64,000 bases of DNA from Pirellulales bacterium (GCA_963733035.1 CAVTBU010000007.1:224001-288000); one strand, 5' to 3'. Shown: positions 30,751-41,502, counted from the first letter of the stretch. The notes: generated by a model from the letters alone, not told the origin. Translations and numbers: made by a program.

Positions 30751-32076
30751 ATGAAACGATCACGTTCAAGGTGGATGATAGCCGCCGGGCTATTGGCCGG
30801 CATCGCAGTCGCTTTCATGTTGCTGTTGTCGCGGGCTAATGCCACGGCCCAGGCCGAATTCGACGCAAGAATTGCCGCACTCGAGGCAGCCGGCGAACCG
30901 GTATCGATCAAGGACCTCGCACGAAAGCCACCATTGCCACAAGACAATGCCGCCACGTACTTGCGCCGGGCAAGCGACGCGATCGGATCAATCGACAAGG
31001 AGTATAGCGCGGCTTACGACAATCTAACCCCGCAGCAACAGGTTGCCGCCGACACCGGCCGTCCCCCGGCTGAGTATGTGGCCGCCTTGCGTGACGCGCT
31101 GAATGCCTATCCCGAGGCGCTCGAACTCGTCAATCAGGCGGCCGCGGCGCCGGCGTACGATGCCCAGCTCGACTACTCGGCCGACCCGAAGGCATTCTGG
31201 GACGAGCTCGAGAAACAAACCTTCCAGGTGACACGCAGAGGAATGCGACTGCTTTCTTATCAAGCCACCTTGCAACTCGCGGATGGAGATGCTGAAGGGG
31301 CACTGAAGACCTCGCTCAAGATGCTCCGGCTCTGCCGTCTGCTGGACAGCGAGCCGACTTTGCTGGGAGCGCTAGTCGCCTTTGCCTGCCGCGGCATCGC
31401 GGTTGATCAGGTCGATCTGGCTCTGCGAGCGGGGCCCATCTCTGAGCCTTTGCGGAGGAAACTCGACGAGGAGCTCGCTGGCTCCCATATCGTTGAGATC
31501 TATCAACGCGGTCTGGTTGGCGATCGGGCATTTGGACTCGATACGCTCCGCGCGATTGAGGCGGGCAAGCTCGATTTCAAACCGGATGACAAGCAGTGGC
31601 TGATGCAATTGTCGGCGGCGTTCAGCAATAGCCAGTCGAAGTATCTCGATTTTATGGCCGAAGCGATCGCACTTGCTGGTCGGCCTTTCGCGGACTTGCA
31701 GTCCGACGCGAAGTTCAATGGCCTGATCGCCGACGTTGATCCCTCGGCCAAGGTAGTAATGCCGAATATTCGCGCTGCTCAGACCTCCGTCTACCGATGC
31801 ATCGTGTACCTCCGCGGGTTGCAAATCCTGAACGCGATTCAGCGATTTGAGCGGGATCACCCCGGCAAAGAACCGACACTTGCTGACCTGGGGCTACCTG
31901 ACGAGGTCATAACCGACCCGTTCAACAACCAGCCGCTGCGTTTGGTCAAACTGCCACAAGGCTGGTCGATCTACAGCGTGGGTATGAACCTCAAAGACGA
32001 CGGCGGCCGAGCCTTTCCGGAGGACGTCGGCTTGCTCGTTGGTCGAATGACTGCCGAGGCGGAGGTCGGGCGATGA
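30751..32076 (+). CDS. Membrane-anchored hypothetical protein, paralog 2 of 5
   Basis: N-terminal TM; AGEPVSIKDL, DNAATYL, DRAFG, TDPFNNQPL, WSIYSVGMNLKDDGG. Confidence 0.87.
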   Translation: MKRSRSRWMIAAGLLAGIAVAFMLLLSRANATAQAEFDARIAALEAAGEPVSIKDLARKPPLPQDNAATYLRRASDAIGSIDKEYSAAYDNLTPQQQVAADTGRPPAEYVAALRDALNAYPEALELVNQAAAAPAYDAQLDYSADPKAFWDELEKQTFQVTRRGMRLLSYQATLQLADGDAEGALKTSLKMLRLCRLLDSEPTLLGALVAFACRGIAVDQVDLALRAGPISEPLRRKLDEELAGSHIVEIYQRGLVGDRAFGLDTLRAIEAGKLDFKPDDKQWLMQLSAAFSNSQSKYLDFMAEAIALAGRPFADLQSDAKFNGLIADVDPSAKVVMPNIRAAQTSVYRCIVYLRGLQILNAIQRFERDHPGKEPTLADLGLPDEVITDPFNNQPLRLVKLPQGWSIYSVGMNLKDDGGRAFPEDVGLLVGRMTAEAEVGR

Positions 32077-33425
32077 GCGAAACGACACATGACGTCTCAA
32101 ATGAAGTCCGACCATCCCGACGCTGGCGGTGGCTGAAACTCTGCGGGCTCGGGTCGCTGGCAATTTTGGGCGTTGCTCTGATCTGGTTCGCCGTGGCAAA
32201 CTGGCGAGCCAGCGCGCGCTTGAATGCAAAGCTGGCCGAGCTCAAAGCCGAGGGAGTACCGCTCTCGCTCGTCGAACTTCAACGTACCCCACCTCCGCCC
32301 GAACAGAATGCGGTCACTTATTTGTTGCGGGCCAGGGAAGAAACATCGTCGATCGCCCGCGCCATCGAAGAAGCTTGCAAGGCTGCCGGCGACACGGATG
32401 AAGATAGTACACAGTACGATGCGTTATGGGCTGGGCGTCCCGGCGCGTCGGTACTCGATGCGATTCGTGACACCCTTGCGAAGCATACCGAGGCGGTTCC
32501 GCTCCTGGTCCAGGCCTCGAATTGCCCTGACTATGACTGGCAGTACGACTACGATGCAGGCACACAATTCAATGACCGCGAGACTTCGTTCTTTGATGAG
32601 GTGTTTGAGCAGTTGGGCTATAAGCGCGACATCTTTCGTGTGCTGTACTACCAATCACTGTTGTTGGCTAGCGAGGGAGAATGTGAGCAATCTCTACGAA
32701 CTTGTGAGGCGATGTTGCGGCTGGCCAAACTCTATGGCCGCGATCCGTTGCTGGTCAACTACCTGGTGGCGAACGCGGTCTATATGGTGACCGTCAGTGC
32801 GATCAACCAAGGGTTGCGCACGGGGCCAGTTTCTAGTGAGACGCACCAGCAACTCGAGGCTGAACTCGCCGCCGACGACTTGGATGAGCAGTTCCGACGG
32901 GCCATGATGACCGAAAGGGCCTACGCACTGCAGAGCTTTCAAGATATGAGCGAATTATGGAGTTACGCGGTGACAATGTTTCCACCGTTCAAACGGGACA
33001 ACGCGTATATGGCCAGCGTTTTCGACAAGTTCGCCAATAGCACTCAGCGGCCGTTTGATTTCAAGCTGAGCGGTGAATTGAAGGCGATCCAGGAATCGGG
33101 GGGAGTATTCACGGGTCTCGTGCTGCCAGCGCTCTTGGCAAGCCGTGGGTCGTTGGCGCGCGTCCAGGCTCTGCAGCGGTGTGCACGCGTGCTTAACCAT
33201 TTGATTGCCCAAGACCCCGACGGAAACAAGAGCGTCTCAATTGAAAAGTTGGGGCTGCCGGCGGATGCGACGACCGACCCCTTCAACGGCAAACCTCTGC
33301 GCACCAAGCACACCAATGCCGGCTGGCTGGTCTACTCCGTCGGTCAGAATCTCAAAGATGATGGCGGCCAACTGGACGATGAACGGACGGATGTCGGCCT
33401 CGGGCCAGTGGTTGTACGGCAGTAA
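32073..33425 (+). CDS. Membrane-anchored hypothetical protein, paralog 3 of 5
   Basis: ATGA overlap with paralog 2; N-terminal TM; EGVPLSL, QNAVTYL, ERAYA, TDPFNGKPL, WLVYSVGQNLKDDGG. Confidence 0.87.
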   Translation: MSETTHDVSNEVRPSRRWRWLKLCGLGSLAILGVALIWFAVANWRASARLNAKLAELKAEGVPLSLVELQRTPPPPEQNAVTYLLRAREETSSIARAIEEACKAAGDTDEDSTQYDALWAGRPGASVLDAIRDTLAKHTEAVPLLVQASNCPDYDWQYDYDAGTQFNDRETSFFDEVFEQLGYKRDIFRVLYYQSLLLASEGECEQSLRTCEAMLRLAKLYGRDPLLVNYLVANAVYMVTVSAINQGLRTGPVSSETHQQLEAELAADDLDEQFRRAMMTERAYALQSFQDMSELWSYAVTMFPPFKRDNAYMASVFDKFANSTQRPFDFKLSGELKAIQESGGVFTGLVLPALLASRGSLARVQALQRCARVLNHLIAQDPDGNKSVSIEKLGLPADATTDPFNGKPLRTKHTNAGWLVYSVGQNLKDDGGQLDDERTDVGLGPVVVRQ

Positions 33426-33574
33426 GCGATTGCAGCACGTGGTATCAAACGGAAGCGGACCGGCCGCGAGGTTGTCTGCGTGCTATCATCGTTGTGCCGC
33501 CAATTCGCGCCCGGGCCATTTGCCCGCCTGCCCTGGACTGGCGAGCTAGTATTTCGCCGAATTGAGGAGCGGTC

Positions 33575-34863
33575 ATGCGTACCACCTTGCGGATTCGTAA
33601 ATTCGGCGCCCTGGGCCTCGTGGCGCTGGTCAGCGCCGCGCTCATCTGGCTGGCCGTCGCAAATGCGCCGGCCAAGGCCCAAGTCGAAGAGATAGTCGCT
33701 CAGGCGCGTGCCGCCGGCGACCCCGTCACGATTGCCGACCTGGCAGCCAACCCGCCCGCGCCGAGAAGAACGCGGAAACCTACCTGCAACTGGCCGAACT
33801 GGGGAGCGAGGCGATCAACCGTGAAGTGCACGAGGTTTGGCAACAGGAGGAGGCCCGACAACAGCAGCGGGGGCAGCAAGTCCCCGAGTCGTTTGACGAT
33901 AGCCCGACGATGATCGAGGCCTACCGGAAGGCGTTTGCCGCTCATCCGGAGGTAGTTCCGTTGCTGTTTCAAGCCTCGGATTGCCCCGAGTATTTTCTGA
34001 ACTTGAACTATGACGCCGACTCCGGTGGCCAGTTCGTCGCCGACATGCTGCCGAAGGTGCAGATGTCGCGCGCCGCCATCCGGGTGCTGAACTATCGCGT
34101 GCGGTTACTGCTGAGTGAAGGGAAGCGCGAAGAAGCGTTCGACACCACTCTGGCGATGCTCCGGCTCTCAAAGCTTTTCAGCCAGGCTCCAGGGCTCGTG
34201 GGCCAACTGGTGGCGATTGCCATTCGTGCCGTGTCGATCAACGCCGCCAATCGCGTGCTGCGAGACGGCCCGTTGCCGCCAGAAGCGTATGCTCGGCTCG
34301 AAGCGGAGCTGGCTCGGCAGGATATTCACGCCGCTTACCGACAGTCGCTGTTGACGGAGCGCGCGATTGGATTGGCCCATTTCAATGACGCCAAGATGCT
34401 TCCCAACGTGGGTTTGCCGGATGGCAAACGCGATCAAGTGAGCTACCTGCAGTTATTCGAGGTGCTGATCGCAACTGCCGACGGGCCCTACGGAGATCCC
34501 GACGTTAAGGCGGCGATCCAGAAATCCTTGGAACATGCCGGCCCGTTGACAAAGGGCGTGGCGCCGGCGATCGAGGCGACCCAAGTGGCCGTAACCCGCA
34601 CCGAAGCGCAAACCCGTTGCCTGCGCGTGCTCAACGCCATTCTCCGCGACCCACCAGAGAAACAGTCTGACGTCAAACTATCCGACCTGAACCTGCCCGA
34701 AGGCACCACGACGGATCCCTTCAACGGTCAGCCTCTGCACCTTAAACACGCCGACACGGGGTGGGTCATCTACTCGGTGGGCCAGAATCTCCAGGACGAT
34801 GGTGGCCAACTGGACGACAAAGCGACGGACGTGGGCTTCGAACCGATTGATCTCGCCAAATAG
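33575..34863 (+). CDS. Membrane-anchored hypothetical protein, paralog 4 of 5 (apparent frameshift at ~33762)
   Basis: AGDPVTIADL then, after the shift, EKNAETYL; ERAIG, TDPFNGQPL, WVIYSVGQNLQDDGG. Confidence 0.85.
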
Positions 34864-34980
34864 TTGCGTTCGCTTGGCCGAATACTGTGAGTATTGGATT
34901 CGTGAGATTGAATCGGGTAGGAACTGGGTAGAATGAGCAGAGGGACATTTCCTACTTCAATAGCGATCTCAACCATCCTC

Positions 34981-36336
34981 ATGTCCATCTGTCGTCACTT
35001 GCGGCTCGCGGTGCTTTTCCTCGTCGCGCTGCCGTGCGCCGGCCTGCTCCACTTAGCATCAAGTCAGGCCGAGCAGCCCGACAATGTGCAAACAGTTCTG
35101 GATCGGCTCCGCGCACAGGGCGAACCCATCTCGATCGCGGATCTCGGCGCCAACCGTCCTGCCCCAGAGACCAACGCATCGACCTATCTCAGGCAAGCCC
35201 AGGACGCTTGCCGCGAGATCGATGATGCGATGGGTGACTTCTGGGAAAGACAGGGCTCGTCCGATGAGGCACTCGAAGCTGCGCTCCAAGCCGTCGTGAG
35301 CGGGCAGATTCAGCAAGTCGAAGAGGCGCCACAGGCATCGGAGGAAACCGTGGAGGTCCAGGAGGACTTGGAATATAGCGAAGCTGCAATCGAAGTCTAC
35401 ACGAAAGCGTTTGCAGCGCACCCGAAAGTCTATGACCTGTTGCAACAAGCGGCTTCTTGTCCGAGTTACTTTCTCGATTTGAACTATCATCCGAAGTCGG
35501 CGATCGACTTGATTGGGGAGATGTTGGAGGAAATACAGGAATCCCGATCGGCCATTCGCGTGCTCAAGTACCGAACCATCATGCTCATGAGCGAAGGCAA
35601 GCATGAGGAAGCGTTCCAGACTTGTCTGACGGCATTTCGGCTCTGCAAGCTATTCGATCAGACTCCTTTTTTCATCGGCCAACTCATTTCCATGGGCTGC
35701 CGTGCCGAAGCCGTGGATCTCACGAACCACGTTTTGCGGTCTGGGCCTGTGTCTCTCGATTCACACAAGCAGTTAGAAGTCGAGTTGGCACAAGTCCATC
35801 CGGGCTCAGCCTTTCGCAACGCGCTGCGTTCGGAACGAGCGTTCGGAATGGATGCCTGCCGAGAGGAGGCCCTGGCCAATGGTAAGGGGGAGCCCGCGGT
35901 AGCGTCCGTTCGAATCGAATGCCTGGCGCTGTATGACGTTCTCATTGCAAATGCCACTAAGTCCTACTATGACGAAGCGGCCAACGCCCAGTTCCAGGCC
36001 TCGTTGAAAAAGCTCGGGCCAACAGCCAAGGAACTCGAATCTTCGTTCGAGGGAATGAACGTCGCCGTGGCGCGCAGTGAGGCTCAGCTTCGCTGTCTCC
36101 GGATCCTCAACGCCCTCCTCAGCCGCCCGCGGGACGAACAAACCGACGTCAAACTGTCGGAACGCGATTTGTCCGAGGGGACAACCACCGATCCTTTTAA
36201 CGGCCAGCCGTTGCACCTCAAGCACACGGACGACGGGTGGGTCATCTACTCGGTGGGGCAGAATCTCCACGATGACGGTGGCCAACTGGACGATGAAGGT
36301 ACAGACGTCGGGCTTGGCCCAATTGTCGCACCTTGA
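34981..36336 (+). CDS. Exported hypothetical protein, paralog 5 of 5
   Basis: Signal peptide (alternative start 34933); QGEPISIADL, TNASTYL, ERAFG, TDPFNGQPL, WVIYSVGQNLHDDGG. Confidence 0.87.
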   Translation: MSICRHLRLAVLFLVALPCAGLLHLASSQAEQPDNVQTVLDRLRAQGEPISIADLGANRPAPETNASTYLRQAQDACREIDDAMGDFWERQGSSDEALEAALQAVVSGQIQQVEEAPQASEETVEVQEDLEYSEAAIEVYTKAFAAHPKVYDLLQQAASCPSYFLDLNYHPKSAIDLIGEMLEEIQESRSAIRVLKYRTIMLMSEGKHEEAFQTCLTAFRLCKLFDQTPFFIGQLISMGCRAEAVDLTNHVLRSGPVSLDSHKQLEVELAQVHPGSAFRNALRSERAFGMDACREEALANGKGEPAVASVRIECLALYDVLIANATKSYYDEAANAQFQASLKKLGPTAKELESSFEGMNVAVARSEAQLRCLRILNALLSRPRDEQTDVKLSERDLSEGTTTDPFNGQPLHLKHTDDGWVIYSVGQNLHDDGGQLDDEGTDVGLGPIVAP

Positions 36337-36563
36337 TGCCAGCCTGCGAGTGCCAGCAAGGTTAAGGCCACGCTGGACAAGGACCTGCCGTTGCTATCGT
36401 CGTCAGTAGCACGGTGCAAGTCGTCATAACCGGCCCTGCTGGCGAGCTAGAATTCCCGCAGTGCCGATGATCTTTCGGGGGCAATCGTCCTTCGGGGTCA
36501 TGGCCGCCCCAGATTGCCCGTGGGGTTCGAAGCCTCGTTTTCTTCGCCGGAAAACCTGCTGAC

Positions 36564-37227
36564 ATGAAGACGCGACTTTGCCTGCTCGTCCTGCTGCTTT
36601 CGACCACCGCGCCGGTTGCCGCTCAAGACATGCCCTTGGTGCGCAAACTTCCTCGAGCAGCAGCTCGTGGCCGAAATGCTGCAGCACGCGTCCGAGGAAA
36701 CCGCCTGGTACAACGAGAAGAGTGTCGACCGGCAGAAGTGGACTAGCGGCAAGCTGCTGGGCAAAAAGATTCGGCTGGCGTCCTGGACCGAGCAGTCGAA
36801 AACGTGGCTCTGGCTCGAAAATCCGGCCGAGTCGCTGGAGTTGGAGCTGACGCGTCTGGCGGTCGTCGAAGGTCGGGCCGAGTTCGCCCTGCGGGCCGTG
36901 GCCAAGGCGCGCTTCAAAGCCTGGGGTCGCATCCCCAAGCTCGCCAAAGGGGCGGTCGGCGGGAACGTGTTGGCGAAGTTCGAAATCGAAGGCTCAACCT
37001 CGATGGCCGGCGGCGGCTTTGGCGGTACCCAGGTCACGAAGTTCAAAGGCGAACTGACCGACCTGCGATTCAATAACGATTTGGCTCATCCGTTCGAGGA
37101 TCTCGTCAAGGACGCCCTGAACGACTATGCCCAGGACAAAAACGCCAAGCTCCGCCGCAGCGTCGAAAAAGCAGTCGATCGCGTGCGGTTCTCGAAGACC
37201 GCCAAGACCACGGCGGCCGGCAGGTGA
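36564..37227 (+). CDS. Secreted hypothetical protein (apparent frameshift at ~36645)
   Basis: Signal peptide MKTRLCLLVLLLSTTAPVAA in ORF 36564 joins the body of ORF 36616-37227. Confidence 0.6.
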
Positions 37228-37310
37228 GAATTATGTCTATAGCGCGCAATTTCACGCATCACTCGCGCTAACGCAATCTTGGAAGCCGGCCGTGGCTGAC
37301 GGCCGTCGGG

Positions 37311-38951
37311 CTAACCGCGAACTGCCGCCACGGCCTTGGTCGCCGCGTCGCGAACGGCGGCATCACGGTCCTTCGTCGCTTGCTCCAGCGCTCCGAGGGC
37401 CGGATTGGCCGCCGGCCCGAGATCGCCCAGGATTTCGGCTGCCATTTGCCGCGACTTGGGCATGTTGGACTTGAGTCCGGCAGCCAGCTCGGGAAGCACC
37501 TTGGCCGCGGTTGCCGGCGATTTGCCTTCGATCTGCACGAGTGCCCAGGCGCAGAGTAACGAAAGTGAACTATCTTCCGAGTTGATTTTCTCCAGCAAGA
37601 CGGGCTTCGCGGCCGCCGCCGCCGGGCCAATGCGGCCCAAGGCGTAGGCCACCCCGAAAGTAAGCTGGCTCTCGGGCTGCTTGAACACTTCAACCAGCGC
37701 CGGTACCGCGTCCTTCGCGCCGGGGCCAATGTTTGCCAGGGCGTGCGCCGCCTCGATGGCGACATTCGGATCCTCGTCGGTTAGCAACTTGGCCAACTCG
37801 GGCGCGGCGGGGGCGGCCGGCGGTCCAATGCGACCCAAAATGCCAGCGATCTGCGGACGGAGCGGTTTGTACTTGAGCGCGCCGATCAGCCTCGGCACGG
37901 CCGGAGCGCCGAGGCCGGCCACGGCGTCGAGCAGGTAGTGCACCGTCGTTTCGTCAGCGCCAGTGAGTGCCTTGGCGAAGATCGGCCCGGCGATCTCCGG
38001 GCTCGGCGGCAGCGACGAAAGTGCCCGTGCGGCGGCGGTGCGGACAAAGGGATCTTGATCCTTCAGTTTTTCGACCAGTCGCGTGATAATGGCCCGTTTC
38101 ATTTTCATGTCGTCGGGATGGAGGCGACCCATCACCCAAAGGCTGACGGTACCCAGCATCGGGTCGTCGCTATTGACGTTCGCCCGGATGACGGATTCCG
38201 CCTCGGGCGGGACCTTGTCGATCGCTCCCAAGGCAAACGTGGCGGCAACTCGCGAATTCTGATCTTTCAGCAGCGGCACAATAGCATCTACGGCGTCGGC
38301 CGAGCCAATGGCCGCCAGTGCCAAGGTCGCCTCGCGTCGAATCTCCGGACGCGGGTTCTTTAGCGCCGCGACAAGCGCCGGCACGGCGGGCGCCGCGTCG
38401 GGACCAATATCACGCAGAATGATGCAGGCCCAATAGTCCGCGTCCGGATTCTTGAGGGCTTCGATAAGCGCAGGCACCGCATTGCCTTTCGCATCGGCCA
38501 CGGCTTCCATCACCCGCATGCGGATGCCCGGATCGGAATCGTGCATCAGCTTGGCAAATAGCGGGACGGCCACTTTCGGTCCGGGGCGAATGTTCTTGAG
38601 GGCATCGATGGCCTGCCGGCGGACGGTAACCTCGGAATCGCCCAGCAGCGCGATGAGGTTTTCTGCAGCGCCCTTGGCATCGGGGCCAATGTGTCCCAAC
38701 GATCGGGCCGCGTAAGCCCGAACCACGGGTGACTCGGCCTTAAGCAGTTCGGTCAGCGCCGGCACGGCAGTCGCGCCCTGCGATCCCAGTTCTTGAATGG
38801 CCTTGAGTTGGGCTGTTTCGTCGGACGACTTGGCCGCGGCGATCAACTCGTCGACCGTGGGCTGCTGGGCACTGGCGAGCCCAGCGATTAGCCCGGTACA
38901 AAGTCCAGCGGCAATCAGGCCGCACTTGAAGAGGGAACGAGCGAAGATCAT
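37311..38951 (-). CDS. Secreted HEAT-repeat protein
   Basis: Signal peptide; many repeats of the type VRxxAAxALGxIGPxAxxAVPAL. Confidence 0.9.
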   Translation of the reverse strand: MIFARSLFKCGLIAAGLCTGLIAGLASAQQPTVDELIAAAKSSDETAQLKAIQELGSQGATAVPALTELLKAESPVVRAYAARSLGHIGPDAKGAAENLIALLGDSEVTVRRQAIDALKNIRPGPKVAVPLFAKLMHDSDPGIRMRVMEAVADAKGNAVPALIEALKNPDADYWACIILRDIGPDAAPAVPALVAALKNPRPEIRREATLALAAIGSADAVDAIVPLLKDQNSRVAATFALGAIDKVPPEAESVIRANVNSDDPMLGTVSLWVMGRLHPDDMKMKRAIITRLVEKLKDQDPFVRTAAARALSSLPPSPEIAGPIFAKALTGADETTVHYLLDAVAGLGAPAVPRLIGALKYKPLRPQIAGILGRIGPPAAPAAPELAKLLTDEDPNVAIEAAHALANIGPGAKDAVPALVEVFKQPESQLTFGVAYALGRIGPAAAAAKPVLLEKINSEDSSLSLLCAWALVQIEGKSPATAAKVLPELAAGLKSNMPKSRQMAAEILGDLGPAANPALGALEQATKDRDAAVRDAATKAVAAVRG

Positions 38952-39055
38952 GAATGACGCCTGAGAGAGAAGTTTCGATTACAAATCCGGACCCACGTCG
39001 CCGGAGAATTTACTGGACCGCGTTGGAATCCAACGTCGTCTAGGGGCGATCGTGA

Positions 39056-39769
39056 CTAACTAAGTTGAGTCTTGCATGCCGTGTACATCAGGCTGTTCAA
39101 AAAGCCTTTGCAGATCCCGTAGTCTTGCGGCGGCAACTCGCGAATCTGCGACTTGAGTTGCTGATTCATGGAATTGATGATCTGCCTGGCTTTTACCTGA
39201 TCCGCGTAGCTGAGTGCACCCAACTGCGAATAGGATGAAAAAAGCTTCTCGAAATTGGCGCGGTCCGCCGCGAAGACATCCAATTGCAGCGCCGAAGGCC
39301 AATTCAGCTTGCCGGTCACCGCGTTGAGTTGCCCAGGGCTAAGCGGCTGCGGCGCCATCTCGTGAGCAAGGCGAGCAATTTGCTCGGCCGTCGGATGCGG
39401 ACCGCGTTCGGCCTCGCGGGCCGCCTTATTGGTTGCCCGCATCTCGAAGTAGGTATTCGTGTAATCCTGACGATTTTGGATTTCCTGCTTTTGAGCTTGC
39501 GTCATGTTCACCGCGGCAGCCGACGTACTGAGGTTGTAGTCGCCCTTGGAGCTAATGACGTTGGCCATGCCCGTCATCGACGAGCCCGCCGCCGTGGTGC
39601 CCGCCCCGCCGTAGTAACCGCCGTACCCGCCGCCGTACGCACCCATCGACGGCGGCGGAACCGCCGGTTGGTATGCTTGCGATTGCTGTTGAGGCTGCTC
39701 GGGTTGCGTTTGCCCGAACGCGAAGCAAGCCAACGTGACTACGGAAACAAACGAAATCAAACGCCTCAT
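39056..39769 (-). CDS. Secreted hypothetical protein
   Basis: Signal peptide, Gln/Pro and Gly/Tyr-rich segment, then GDYNLSTSAAAVN, TYFEMR, LNWPSAL. Confidence 0.75.
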   Translation of the reverse strand: MRRLISFVSVVTLACFAFGQTQPEQPQQQSQAYQPAVPPPSMGAYGGGYGGYYGGAGTTAAGSSMTGMANVISSKGDYNLSTSAAAVNMTQAQKQEIQNRQDYTNTYFEMRATNKAAREAERGPHPTAEQIARLAHEMAPQPLSPGQLNAVTGKLNWPSALQLDVFAADRANFEKLFSSYSQLGALSYADQVKARQIINSMNQQLKSQIRELPPQDYGICKGFLNSLMYTACKTQLS

Positions 39770-40005
39770 GGACTTTTCGCTCCTCATCGCGGGTTCGGTG
39801 AACCCTCCAATATAGTTGGGGCATTAAGGGCTGCCAATGTTTCGCGCTGCAAATCAACCGTTCAAACAGGGGATCAGGTGAGAAGTGCGAAATCGCCCGG
39901 AAAAACCAATGGCTGGGCGAATGGCTCGCAGTAGCGTGTCAGTCGAGATGAATTCGCGGCGTGGCCGCCAAGGGGACCGAAAGGGTCGATTGTCTGACGC
40001 TGAGG

Positions 40006-40212
40006 TTAATACAACGCCTCCGGCGGAGCACTTTGCCTCACCCGCTGCCGAACCTCTCGCTCGATCGCCCGTCGCAACCAAAAGCGGCCCCAGAGGCTCG
40101 CGGCGGCGAGGCGCTCGCTGAATTCCGCCTCCACCACCGCGCGAATTTGCGGCTGGATTGCCGCACAGGTCCGCGCGTATCCGTCGCAGACAAAAAGAGT
40201 CGAGCGGTTCAT
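40006..40212 (-). CDS. Small hypothetical protein (68 aa)
   Basis: GAGGA upstream of MNRSTLFV; helical protein-like composition; no family recognised. Confidence 0.5.
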   Translation of the reverse strand: MNRSTLFVCDGYARTCAAIQPQIRAVVEAEFSERLAAASLWGRFWLRRAIEREVRQRVRQSAPPEALY

Positions 40213-40344
40213 TGACTTGCGTCCTCGCTCAATTGGCGATCGATTTGGTGCCTCGGGCAAGGTCTATCGAGGTTCGCTCTCGCGATTCTAACACGGCCGG
40301 CGGCCTGTGGCGCGACAGCGAGTCAACGGATGGATGGACGCTGG

Positions 40345-41376
40345 TTAACCTCGACCACGTTTTGCCGATCTGCCGTGCGGGCCGCCGTCGGCCCGGCCGT
40401 CGATGGGGCCGTAAAAGCCGAAGAGCTGGTTCGTGCCCGGGGCATCGGCCGGCAGGCGTTTTCCCTTGGTTGCTTCGCGCATCAATTTGACAAAGCGTTC
40501 TGCCGCAGGAGAGAGGAATTTGCCTCTGCGGATCACCAGGCCGTAGGTGCGTTTGGGGAAGTAGCGGGAAAGCGGGATGGCGACCAGGTCTTCCTCGCCG
40601 CTCAGGCAGATACTGGTCACGATCGAAATGCCAAGTCCGAGCGAGACATACTTCTTGATGACTTCCCAGCCGCCGGCCTCCATCTTCACATCGTACTTCA
40701 GCTTGTGCTTGGCAAAGGCGTAGTCCACGACACCCCAGGTCGTCAGGTGGCTGGGGGGCAGGATCAAGGGATAGGGCGAGACATCCTTGAGCGTGACCCG
40801 TTTTCGCTTGGTGAGCGGGTGCCCTAGTGGCACGATGAGCATTGGGTCGTAGGTGAACATCGGTTGGTACTCGATGTCCTCCCGGACTTCGATCATCGAA
40901 CCGACGGCAAAATCGGCCTCGTCGGCTCGCACCATCGCCAGGCCGTCGCGGCCCGTCACGTTGTGCAGCTTCAGTTCGATCCCCGGGTAGAGCTCCGCGT
41001 ACTGCTTGACGAATTGGGGCAGCAGGTAGAGCGTGGTCGATTCTCCGGCGGCGATGTCGAGCCGGCCGGTCTCGATGCCTCCCCGTTTGGCCGTGAACGT
41101 GTCTTCCAGCGCGTCAATTTCCTCGACCAGCGGCGCCGCCAGTTCATAGAGCGTCTTGCCGTCAGGCGTGAGGCTGATCTTGGGGCCGCGGCGTTCGAAG
41201 AGCGTGGTTTTGAATTCCCGCTCAAGTGCCTGGATTTGCAGCGACACGCTGGGTTGGCTCAAAAACAGTTTCTCGGCCGCCTTGGAAATGCTGCCCGCCT
41301 GAGCGGCGTGACAAAAGCCACGGAGCTGTTGGAGCCGGTTCTGTTTGTAGTACTGCGAGCTGGGAGCCGTGGCCAT
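40345..41376 (-). CDS. LysR-family transcriptional regulator divergent from aceBA
   Basis: RLQQLRGF, SISKAAEKLFLSQPSVSLQIQALE, LFER, VSLGLGISIV. Confidence 0.95.
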   Translation of the reverse strand: MATAPSSQYYKQNRLQQLRGFCHAAQAGSISKAAEKLFLSQPSVSLQIQALEREFKTTLFERRGPKISLTPDGKTLYELAAPLVEEIDALEDTFTAKRGGIETGRLDIAAGESTTLYLLPQFVKQYAELYPGIELKLHNVTGRDGLAMVRADEADFAVGSMIEVREDIEYQPMFTYDPMLIVPLGHPLTKRKRVTLKDVSPYPLILPPSHLTTWGVVDYAFAKHKLKYDVKMEAGGWEVIKKYVSLGLGISIVTSICLSGEEDLVAIPLSRYFPKRTYGLVIRRGKFLSPAAERFVKLMREATKGKRLPADAPGTNQLFGFYGPIDGRADGGPHGRSAKRGRG

Positions 41377-41502
41377 CGTGCAACCTCCACCTGTGTCGGG
41401 CGGTCTCTTTTGGGCGGCCATTTTCTCGCGCGGCAACAAGTGCCGTGGTACGAACCGCCGGCCGTCCATTCAATCATAGCGCTTATTAATATATACCATT
41501 TT

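Noticed and set aside
28377..36336. Diversity-generating retroelement or toxin-immunity array
   Set aside because: No reverse transcriptase, no template/variable repeat pair with adenine-specific changes, and no toxin domain recognised
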